A stretch of 61,066 bases of DNA from Elusimicrobiota bacterium (GTDB taxonomy: Bacteria; Elusimicrobiota; Elusimicrobia; Elusimicrobiales; UBA9959), in the NCBI GenBank assembly GCA_027340875.1, contig DAIENX010000104.1, positions 1 through 61,066 on the forward strand. The letters are read 5' to 3'. Under the pieces are notes generated by a model that made no database searches, was not told the origin of the DNA, and worked only from the letters and a program-made list of their open reading frames with translations. Shown here piece after piece: positions 54,301-61,066 of the stretch (position 1 is the first letter of the stretch; each line of letters begins with the position of its first letter). A program made the translations under genes and the position numbers.

Positions 54301-55919
54301 CGGGGGACTACTCGCAGCTGTTCGCCACGCATACCTTCACCTTCGACACGACGCCGCCGTCCGCCGGAGTGATCTATCCCGCCGCCGGTTCCACTGTCGG
54401 CACCGTCGGCCGCATCAGCGGCACGGCTTCGGACGCCTCCTCGCCGCTCTATTCCTCCGAAGTGGTGCTGCGCCGCCTCAGCGACGGCAGGTGGTGGAAG
54501 AACGATACTTCGTCCTGGGACCTGTCCCCGCAGGCCCTGCAGGCCGGCACCACCCCCTATTGGACCTGGAATTTCCAGCCTTACCTGCGCGACTCGCTGA
54601 CGAGCGGCGCCTCGTATTACGCCAGCGTCAGGGCCACCGACGGGGCTTACCCGCGCAACGTAGGCGCTTTCTTCGCGGCCGGTTCCACCTTCACGTACCT
54701 GGACGATACGGCTCCGCCGCCCACCCTTACCCTGGGCGCGGCGCCGGGGGCCTACAGCGGCTCTGTCGCCCTCACCTGGCGGACATCAGGGGATAATGCC
54801 TACAACGGTTACCTCCTCTCCGGCACGTACAAGATCGCCTATTCCACGTACACCGGCGCGGCCGTCTCGACACAGACTGCCCAGGTGACGATCGCCACGG
54901 CCACCCTCACTGCCGGCGCGACCCAGCAGCGGATGATCAACGGCCTGGACCCCGCGGTCACCTATTACTTCACGCTCTGGACCGCGGACGACGCCCAGAA
55001 CTGGTCCGCCGCCTCGCCGCAAGCGCAGGCGGTCTCCGGCGCCCCCGGCAGCGGCTCGCTGGGCGGCAGGGTGCTGGACGCTTCCACGCAGCCGGTCACC
55101 GGCGTGCTGGTCGAGGCCATCGGACCGACGGGCGCGGTGGAGGGCAGCGACTATACGGATACCTTCGGCCGCTACTCCATACCGGCGCTGGACCCGCTTT
55201 ACCTCACTGTCCGCGCCGTCTGGACGGCGGAGGACATCGAGAGCTCCGTCACCAAGGATTCGGTGCCCAACGGCTCGTCCAGCGTGGATTTCAGGCTCAG
55301 CGTGACCTATCAACTGGCCGCGATAACCGGCGTGATCCCGTCCAACTACCTGGCCTCCTCGGCGGCGCCCAGGCCTTCCTCCGCGCGCTACACCACGCGC
55401 GAGGCGGGCTCCTCTCGCGGCGACGCGCCGTTCGTGGAGCTTTACAGCCACGGCCGCCGCATAGGCGCGGCCTTCACGGACACGGCCGGGGCCTTCCGCG
55501 TGGACAACCTGCTGCCTGGGACTTACGGCCTGCGGGTCTTCAACGGCGAGTATTTCAGCGAGATGGCCACGGTCCGGCTCTATCCCGGCCAGCAGCTGGT
55601 CTTCACCCCCAAGTTCGAGCTGCTCGACAAGAGCGGGGTCTACGCGTATCCCAATCCGGCCCGCACCGCGGTCAACTTCCGCTTCGCGCCTTCGGCCGTC
55701 TCCTTCCGCGCCCAGGTGCAGGTGTTCGATATAGCCGGCACCCTTATAAGGACGCTGGACAATGTCTCGCCGGACACCGTGGCCGGCGGCAGGAAGATCT
55801 CGTGGGACCTGGCCGCCGACAGGGTAGCCCCCGGAGTGTACCTCTACATACTGCGCGTGCAGGACGCCTCGACCGGGGCCGCGGCGAAGGTGGTCAAGAA
55901 ATTCGCGGTAATCAGATAA
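51306..55919 (+). CDS. Secreted Kelch + FN3/Ig protein with T9SS-like C-terminal sorting domain (cargo B, paralog of 36174-39890)
   Basis: Six Kelch repeats (YLSGGF, FVLGGY, YVSGGY, VIAGGK, YIVGGN, YLFGGS); AYPNP...FDIAGTLIR...APGVYLY...KKFAVIR. Confidence 0.87.
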   Translation: MRQIFAAAMAVCLLPAQAAAAKTAGNLAVLGDAADYSSASSSQAGAAFSMAGGLSSVANDITSDGANLKLESGFYSRLVVGQSAFGYYPQGTSSVTLSWTAANPNGTTYDLFVSTWQEADPYMAYYSTDAAGYPVESLAPNTSYYVFSVANYMEGDYSAPAATTTVTLAGVPSTGAFTLADAGHDTLALSFTGPGNSPPLPLRPWFQYSAGLPRPLYGQSSVVYATHVYLSGGFDGVYFSSAVYRAELLADGSLGAWETAAYMPEGLYGHQAVAARGRLFVLGGYSSSGARREVWSTDISSAGSLGAWEPETPLPDPMYFHAAALVGDKIYVSGGYKSGSGVLAGFSFAELGADASLGAWDTSNTMPAPRYAHSMTLFPGMLVIAGGKDGASARAETWSCPVSTGGFLSPPCAPWTPLPGARYGHSAVAEGTRFYIVGGNNGYAAMQQVYQTTIPAAGLPQWGAAAALPAPVQFSSPLLGSGGLYLFGGSSGSSALSSVYASSITGTEYALQASPDPTFSGVPLTSKWSPNPGASFSGLAPLTQYYFRAKARNWTGVETDYSPVGSTFTYAAIPATASYTGVGINTAVANWAANGNPAGTNYQLNVSTSPDFYPEYGSYTTNTFLTLSGLLQSTTYYSRVRVFSATPLSRFAVLPPVKTSYDPALDVDSPTIVNGQSPGDYAYWIATNTFLSSATFTDVGASGISYFELQVSTKLGDPASATTGWLPAVSGINQPSYSAPWTLPQSAWDAMLDGASSYVSVRVYDNSGNYSALRDIFSVLKDSTPPVIGVPYAAVAPTGWLTDNPGKVTDLRFDDPLSGLAKVQYSVSRDKLFADGSVIPWTDMDLTNSTAALAHGATWYQTDLSYSFNALANAASNYFSFRAVDVAGSTYTFKDAFGIAKNVSGPTVAISTPAGAYLSTFTVVSGNTAETNAHPVLGTEISLRDLDTGLYFNGVTFLSGSQYWLDAADQGSTFTLTLQNPPLISGRHYQAVARSSDSAGDYSQLFATHTFTFDTTPPSAGVIYPAAGSTVGTVGRISGTASDASSPLYSSEVVLRRLSDGRWWKNDTSSWDLSPQALQAGTTPYWTWNFQPYLRDSLTSGASYYASVRATDGAYPRNVGAFFAAGSTFTYLDDTAPPPTLTLGAAPGAYSGSVALTWRTSGDNAYNGYLLSGTYKIAYSTYTGAAVSTQTAQVTIATATLTAGATQQRMINGLDPAVTYYFTLWTADDAQNWSAASPQAQAVSGAPGSGSLGGRVLDASTQPVTGVLVEAIGPTGAVEGSDYTDTFGRYSIPALDPLYLTVRAVWTAEDIESSVTKDSVPNGSSSVDFRLSVTYQLAAITGVIPSNYLASSAAPRPSSARYTTREAGSSRGDAPFVELYSHGRRIGAAFTDTAGAFRVDNLLPGTYGLRVFNGEYFSEMATVRLYPGQQLVFTPKFELLDKSGVYAYPNPARTAVNFRFAPSAVSFRAQVQVFDIAGTLIRTLDNVSPDTVAGGRKISWDLAADRVAPGVYLYILRVQDASTGAAAKVVKKFAVIR

Positions 55920-55953
55920 ATTCAAAAAACATATAATAGGGTTTCGCTACAAC

Positions 55954-57873
55954 ATGATAAAGAACAGGACACTACTCCCTCTGCTGCTGCTCCTGGCCGT
56001 GCCGGCCGCCAGCGCTTCCGCGCAGGACACTGCCAGCCTGCAGTTCACCGTGGCCGCCCCGGACCCGGTGATGGCGGGGGAGGAGGTGCGGCTGCAGACC
56101 CTGGTCGTCAATACCGGGACCACCGTCTGGAAGCGGGGCACGTATTACTGGGTGGGGGAGCTGTACGTGCTGGACGGAGACCAGAAGCGGTTCCTGGCCC
56201 AGACGGAGACCCAGTCGCCGGAAGAGGACGTTCAGCCGGGCGCGGCGCAGGGAACCCAGCTGCCCTTCCTCGTCCCGGACAACATGCCCGGACACCGCCT
56301 GCTCTACCGCGTCTTCCTGATCAAGGACGGCCGGCGCATACTGGAGACGGACTACCGCGGCTTCCAGGTCATAGAGAAGGAACTGCGTCCGACGGTGCCG
56401 CAGGATTTCAAGATAGGCGGCGACGTCTCGTTCACCTACAAGAACTCGAGCCGCGACTCCTGGACCAGCCACCAGGGGATAACGGCCGCGAACCTCGTCG
56501 GCAGGATACGACAATCCTCGTTCCTCTTCAACACCTATATCGTCCATACCTACCACAGGCCGATAACGCCGTCGATAGTCTTGCTGAACTACTACGCGCC
56601 GTGGGGCAACCTGGCCGTCGGGGACATCTCTCCCACGCTCACGCCGCTCTCCCTCGACGGGCAGGGCATGCGCGGCGTCTCGTTCGACAGGGCCCGCGGC
56701 AAATATTCGCTGACGGCTCTGATAGGCAGGATAGTGGCCCCGCTGGAGCCGGGGCCGAACAGCGGCGGCCGCTACGCGCGCTATACCGGCGGCTTCAAGT
56801 TAGGCTGGCAGTTCAGGCCTAACCTCAAGGTGGCCGCGGACGCCGTGGTCAGCCGCGACGACCTGCATTCGATAAACATCACCACTACCGCGCTGACGAT
56901 AACTCCGCAGCAGTCCATAGTCTACGGCCTCAACGCCGACTGGGCGTTCCTGCCCGGTTTTGCGGTCAACAGCGACTACCAGATGAGCTCGTACCGGGCG
57001 GACCTCAGGGCCTCCGAGCCCGGAGTGGGAGGCAGCGCGTGGAAGCAGGAGCTGAAGTACAAGGCGAACCTGTTGACGGCTAGGGCGGCCATTTCGCGCG
57101 TGGACCCGAAGTTCTACTCCTTCGCCAGCCCGTCCGTGATCTCGGACCGGCAGACCGTGGAAGGAGAGGTCGGCATCTTCCCCGCGGACTGGACCAGCTT
57201 CACCCTGGCCTACAACGGCTATTCGGACAACCTGGATTCGGACCCGGCCAAGACCACCACGGACCAGGCGCAGACCACGTTCGCCAACATGCTGCGACTC
57301 TTCGGCAAGACCATCGTCAATACTTCGCTGATGACGAATACCACCAAGGGCAAGCCCGCCGGGGTGCAGGACAGCCAGACCACGACCACAAACGTCTCCG
57401 TCACCCAGCCATTGGGCGTGCATACGCTGAGCGCGGCCGTCCAGCAGAGCGACTTCAAGGACAAGACCGGTCTCTCTCATGACCTTTCCACCTCGCTTCT
57501 CTCTCTGAATGGGGCCTTCAAGTTTACCCGGCGCCTCTCGATGTCGGCCGGTATGGTGAACTCCTCCACCAAGGACAAGGCGGATTCCACCACCGGCACC
57601 AACACCAGCGTGACCGGCAACGTTTCCTACGCGATTCCCAGGCGCTCGATGGCCGTGCAATGCTGGGCCACCATGACCTCCTATAAGAACGATTCGCTGC
57701 TGACCCCGGCCGACAACGGCTCCCTGTCCCTCAACGTGGAGACGGTCTGGGTGAAGAGCCAGAGTTCCCGCTTCACGTTCGGTGTGGGCAGCGTTTCGAG
57801 TACGGATAAGCTGAACAAGGGCAATGATACGTCCGAGATCACGGTCCTCACCAGGTATAACTACTCCTTCTGA
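55954..57873 (+). CDS. Outer-membrane beta-barrel protein with N-terminal Ig-like domain
   Basis: Signal peptide; VNTGTTVW...VQPG Ig-like start; alternating amphipathic strands; C-terminal TRYNYSF BAM-type signal; TATAAT at 55932. Confidence 0.78.
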   Translation: MIKNRTLLPLLLLLAVPAASASAQDTASLQFTVAAPDPVMAGEEVRLQTLVVNTGTTVWKRGTYYWVGELYVLDGDQKRFLAQTETQSPEEDVQPGAAQGTQLPFLVPDNMPGHRLLYRVFLIKDGRRILETDYRGFQVIEKELRPTVPQDFKIGGDVSFTYKNSSRDSWTSHQGITAANLVGRIRQSSFLFNTYIVHTYHRPITPSIVLLNYYAPWGNLAVGDISPTLTPLSLDGQGMRGVSFDRARGKYSLTALIGRIVAPLEPGPNSGGRYARYTGGFKLGWQFRPNLKVAADAVVSRDDLHSINITTTALTITPQQSIVYGLNADWAFLPGFAVNSDYQMSSYRADLRASEPGVGGSAWKQELKYKANLLTARAAISRVDPKFYSFASPSVISDRQTVEGEVGIFPADWTSFTLAYNGYSDNLDSDPAKTTTDQAQTTFANMLRLFGKTIVNTSLMTNTTKGKPAGVQDSQTTTTNVSVTQPLGVHTLSAAVQQSDFKDKTGLSHDLSTSLLSLNGAFKFTRRLSMSAGMVNSSTKDKADSTTGTNTSVTGNVSYAIPRRSMAVQCWATMTSYKNDSLLTPADNGSLSLNVETVWVKSQSSRFTFGVGSVSSTDKLNKGNDTSEITVLTRYNYSF

Positions 57874-57879
57874 TGGGCC

Positions 57880-57921
57880 CAAAACGAAAGGACCGTGCTG
57901 GCGCACGGTCCTTTCGTTTTG
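57880..57921. terminator. Bidirectional intrinsic terminator
   Basis: caaaacgaaaggaccgtgc-tggc-gcacggtcctttcgttttg, perfect 19-bp stem between convergent operons. Confidence 0.88.
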
Positions 57922-57933
57922 CATGCCTGCAGG

Positions 57934-58824
57934 TCAGCGCTTGGCCTGACCCTTGGCGTCCTTCTGCTCCTGCACGGATTCGAGCGCTCTAAGGTATTCC
58001 GGCAGCTGCTCGTCCTCGGGGGAGAGCTTGAGCGCCTTCTGCCATGCGGCCCTGGCCCTGCGGTAGTCCTTGAGCTGCAGGTAGGCGGAGCCGAGGCGCT
58101 TCAGCGAGGTGATATCGTCGGGTTCCAGTCGCAGCACCTCCTCCAGCTCCTTCACCGCCAGGTAGAACTTCGAATCGTAGATCTGGTGGAGCGCCAGCTC
58201 CTTCTTATGTTCAAGTATCGGTATGTTGGCCGGCTTGGTGTCGTTGAGCTTGAGCTGGGGGGACTCCTTCTCCAGCTCGGCCACCAGGCGGGGGAAGGCC
58301 TTGTCGGCCGGCGCCAGCTCGGAGGCGTAGCGCACCGCGTCGTAAGCGAAAGGAAGGTCCTCCTCCTCTCCGACCCAGGCGCTGATGCCGTCTGCGGCGG
58401 CGTTCCAGGCCGCGGAGGCCCGGCGGGCGGGCGCTACGGCGGAGATGGCGCGCAGCCTCGCCTGCGTGCGCGTGTAGTACGGGTTCGTGGGGTCGGTGGC
58501 GAGGAGTTCCTCCAGCTTTATCAGCGCGTCGGAATACCGGCCTTTGTTGACCAGCTTCATGAACGAGCCCTTGAGTTCGGCCGCCGAGCCCGCCATCTTC
58601 CCGCGGGCCTCCTCTATCATGTTCTTGGCGGTGGTCTGCTTCGGGTCGGCGCGGAGCACCATGTTCCAGTATTCGATGGCCTTGGCGTAGTCCCCGTCGA
58701 CGTAGTACGTGAAGGCCTTGTCGTAGTACTCCTTGACCTCCACGCTGCCGGCCGGCTGCTCCTGGTCCGCGGCCAGCGCGGGGCCGGCCAGCAGCAGGAC
58801 CGCCAGTATCGTTGATATCCTCAT
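57934..58824 (-). CDS. Exported tetratricopeptide repeat protein
   Basis: Signal peptide (ALA); GDYAKAIEYWNMVLRADP; LGSAYLQLKDYRRARAAWQKALKLSP; 4-nt overlap with upstream MotB-like gene. Confidence 0.85.
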   Translation of the reverse strand: MRISTILAVLLLAGPALAADQEQPAGSVEVKEYYDKAFTYYVDGDYAKAIEYWNMVLRADPKQTTAKNMIEEARGKMAGSAAELKGSFMKLVNKGRYSDALIKLEELLATDPTNPYYTRTQARLRAISAVAPARRASAAWNAAADGISAWVGEEEDLPFAYDAVRYASELAPADKAFPRLVAELEKESPQLKLNDTKPANIPILEHKKELALHQIYDSKFYLAVKELEEVLRLEPDDITSLKRLGSAYLQLKDYRRARAAWQKALKLSPEDEQLPEYLRALESVQEQKDAKGQAKR

Positions 58825-59468
58825 TGGTCACCATCCTCGGGCCGTGCGCGGCGCATGATTATCATCTCTATCCTGCGGTTCTTAACGCGGCCTTCCTCAG
58901 TATCGTTGGGGGCCACGGGGCGGAACTCTCCGTAGCCGAAAGCGGTCAGGCGGGAGGGGGCTACGCCGCGCTTTAACAGATAGTCGATCACCGAGAAGGC
59001 GCGCATCAGCGAAAGCTCCCGGTTGGAGGAGTATTTCCTTCCGAGCATCCTGGCGGCGTCCGTGTGCCCTTCCACTATGACCTGGTTGTCCATCTTGAGC
59101 AGGCTGTCCGCCACGGGGGCCAGTATCTTCACCGCTGACGGCTTCAGGTCGGCCGAGCCTGAATCGAAGAGGACGGGGGAGGCGAAAGTGAGCTTGATGC
59201 GGGAAGTTGTGACCTCCATGCCGAGGCTGCCTTCCTTGATCTGGTCCTTGAGGTCCTCCTCCACTTTCTTCGCGGCCTCTATCTCCTTCTTCTGCTTCTT
59301 TACCTTTATGCCCAGCTGCTCCTGCATCTTAGTAAGGGCCGTTTCGTAGTCCGGGCGTTTGGCGTGATAGGCGAAGCCGTACAGCGCCAGGAACAGGATG
59401 ACCAGCGTGGACATCAGGTCGGCGTAAGGGACCATCCAGAGCTGGGTGTTGTGCTTGTTGTCGCTCAT
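58821..59468 (-). CDS. MotB-like stator B subunit with OmpA-type peptidoglycan-binding domain (copy 1)
   Basis: WMVPYADLMSTL TM with conserved Asp; LFDSGSA, VEGHTD, NRELSLMRA, GYGEFRP, NRRIE. Confidence 0.9.
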   Translation of the reverse strand: MSDNKHNTQLWMVPYADLMSTLVILFLALYGFAYHAKRPDYETALTKMQEQLGIKVKKQKKEIEAAKKVEEDLKDQIKEGSLGMEVTTSRIKLTFASPVLFDSGSADLKPSAVKILAPVADSLLKMDNQVIVEGHTDAARMLGRKYSSNRELSLMRAFSVIDYLLKRGVAPSRLTAFGYGEFRPVAPNDTEEGRVKNRRIEMIIMRRARPEDGDQ

Positions 59469-60133
59469 TTTCTCGGCACCACTATCTCGATCCGGCGGTT
59501 CCGCGCGCGGCCCTCGCTGGTGTCGTTGTCCGCCACCGGGCGGTATTCGCCGTAGGCGGCGGCGATCAGCCTGTCCTGGGGCACCGAGTACTTCGAGGCC
59601 AGCAGGCCGACAACGGCGTTGGCCCTGGCCGCGGAGAGTTCCCAGTTGGTCGCGAACTTGCCTGACTTTATGGGCACGCTGTCGGTGTGGCCTTCGACGA
59701 TCACGTCGTTGGGCAGCTTGTTCAGCACGGCCGAGACGGGGCCCAGCACATCGGCCGCCCTGGGGCCCAGGTCCGCGCTGCCGGAGGCGAAAAGGACCGG
59801 CTCGGCGATGTTTATCTTGATCTGTTTGGCCGTTATCTGGACCTCGGCCATGTCCTTCATCCCGGCCTTCAGGAGGTCCTCCGCCAGTTTCTTCGCGATG
59901 TCCTCCTCGGTGAACTTCTTGACGACCTCCTCGGCTTGTTTCTCCTTCTGCTTCTGGGCGGCCTCCTTGTCAAAGCCGCTCGCGAACTTGGCGGCGGCCT
60001 CGGGCTGGTTGGTGAAGACGTAGAGTATCAGGAAGAACAGCATCAGGTTGGTCATGATGTCGGACAGCACGACCAGCCAGAGAGGATTATCCTCTACTTT
60101 CCTCCCGGAATATCTCTCGATGAAGAATTTCAT
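59465..60133 (-). CDS. MotB-like stator B subunit with OmpA-type peptidoglycan-binding domain (copy 2)
   Basis: WLVVLSDIMTNL TM with Asp; VEGHTD, NWELSAARA, YGEYRP, NRRIE; start moved to MKFFIER. Confidence 0.88.
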   Translation of the reverse strand: MKFFIERYSGRKVEDNPLWLVVLSDIMTNLMLFFLILYVFTNQPEAAAKFASGFDKEAAQKQKEKQAEEVVKKFTEEDIAKKLAEDLLKAGMKDMAEVQITAKQIKINIAEPVLFASGSADLGPRAADVLGPVSAVLNKLPNDVIVEGHTDSVPIKSGKFATNWELSAARANAVVGLLASKYSVPQDRLIAAAYGEYRPVADNDTSEGRARNRRIEIVVPRK

Positions 60134-60164
60134 CAGTAGTCCGCCGCCCCGGCGGGGCGGGGGA

Positions 60165-60941
60165 TCATTTGCCGGGGCCCCTGGCCTTGCGGCGCAAAGC
60201 CAGGGACAGGTAGCCTTCCAGCTTCTTGGAGACCAGCCACGGCACGTCGCCATCGTAGATGGAGAGCACGCCCTTGGCGATGATCTCTCGGCTGAGGATG
60301 TCCTCGTCGGAGTAGTAGCCGAGCTTGCTGGCTATGGGCAGGAAGAGAAAGTTGGCCGAGAAGATGCCGTAGAACGACGCGGTCATCGCGATCGCCATCG
60401 AGGAGCCCATCATCTGGGGATTCTGTATGTTGCGCAGCACCTGCACGACGCCGACCAGCGTGCCGAGCAGGCCGAAGATCGGGGCGAACGTGCCCGCGGA
60501 GTTGAAGATGTTGGTCTGCTGCTGGTGGCGCAGGCGCGTGGTGTTGATGTCGTTCTCCATGCGCTCGCGCAGGATGTGGATGTCCACGCCGTCCAGCATC
60601 ATCTGGAGGCCGTCGGTAAGGAACGGGTGCGGGGAGGAACGCAGCTCGCCGGCGATCGAGTCGATTCCGCCGCGCTTGCCCACTTCCGCGAAGTGCACTA
60701 TGGAGCGGATCAGTTCGTGGATAGGGGCACGTTTCGGGGGGAAAAGGACCATCATCACGGACGCCTTTACCCACTTCAGCGCGGCCCACGGGTAGGCGAT
60801 CATGATCGAACCGGCCGTGCCTCCGAAGATCAGGATTATGGCTTCCCAGTTCAGCAGGAAGCGGAGCATGCCGCCGGAGGAAAGGACGAAGACTATGACG
60901 CCTATGCCTGTGATGCCGCCGATGAAGGTCATCAGGTCCAT
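60165..60941 (-). CDS. MotA/PomA-like stator A subunit
   Basis: IFGGTAG, PFLTDGLQMMLDG, APIFGLLGTLVG, AMTASFYG..SAN.LFLPIASKL; AGGAG SD. Confidence 0.9.
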   Translation of the reverse strand: MDLMTFIGGITGIGVIVFVLSSGGMLRFLLNWEAIILIFGGTAGSIMIAYPWAALKWVKASVMMVLFPPKRAPIHELIRSIVHFAEVGKRGGIDSIAGELRSSPHPFLTDGLQMMLDGVDIHILRERMENDINTTRLRHQQQTNIFNSAGTFAPIFGLLGTLVGVVQVLRNIQNPQMMGSSMAIAMTASFYGIFSANFLFLPIASKLGYYSDEDILSREIIAKGVLSIYDGDVPWLVSKKLEGYLSLALRRKARGPGK

Positions 60942-60961
60942 GTTATTTCATCTCCTGTTTC

Positions 60962-61066
60962 TCAGGGCTTCGGAGCGTTCGGGGCCGGCGCCTTCGGCGC
61001 GGCGGCAGCCGGCGCCGGCTTGGGCGCCGGGGCCGGCCCGGGGCTTATGCCGGCGGCGGGGCGCGG
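60962..61066 (-). CDS. Pro/Ala-rich C-terminus of a gene truncated by the window edge
   Basis: Minus strand reads PRPAAGISPGPAPAPKPAPAAAAPKAPAPNAPKP then stop, 20 nt upstream of the MotA-like start. Confidence 0.6.
   Translation of the reverse strand, partial: PRPAAGISPGPAPAPKPAPAAAAPKAPAPNAPKP

Noticed and set aside
60134..60253. N-terminal extension of the second MotB-like ORF into motA
   Set aside because: Overlaps the MotA-like C-terminus in another frame. ATG 60133 gives a normal MotB length.
57934..60941. Zorya ZorAB anti-phage system
   Set aside because: The A subunit lacks the long cytoplasmic tail of ZorA, and no ZorC/D/E-like helicase or nuclease genes are adjacent.

Overview
GC-rich diderm bacterial chromosome segment. 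The gene families (PorV/PorQ-like barrels, YPNP-type C-terminal domains, Ser/Thr-rich secreted proteins) suggest Elusimicrobiota, but this is inference. About 40 CDS; no rRNA, tRNA, CRISPR or transposase seen. The left and middle parts hold rocD, murB, a thioester alpha-2-macroglobulin, a secreted metalloprotease/PorV-like locus, and scavenging or housekeeping genes (GT4, NupC, LepB, NagZ, VWA, ApbE, short asparaginase, M18, MFS, RluA, disulfide oxidoreductase, M1+M28+PDZ peptidase, phosphopentomutase-like, tocopherol-cyclase-like, DUF4015, pullulanase, LUD). The main candidate novel system is 36174-60941. A 21.7 kb co-oriented surface cluster encodes two paralogous FN3/Ig proteins with T9SS-like sorting domains both ending KFAVIR, a CARDB/PrcB-like protein, an orphan FecR-domain protein, a PorV-like barrel, a ~2590 aa mosaic tail-fibre-like protein and an Ig+beta-barrel protein. 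It converges on a MotA + two MotB + TPR operon with no flagellar genes in the window. This looks like a T9SS-like export/display system outside Bacteroidota. Other observations: a recurring x-S-[ST] motif in secreted proteins, a 195 bp nested inverted-repeat element, a promoter-terminator mini-transcript, a structured leader before the fibre gene, and several apparently leaderless genes.
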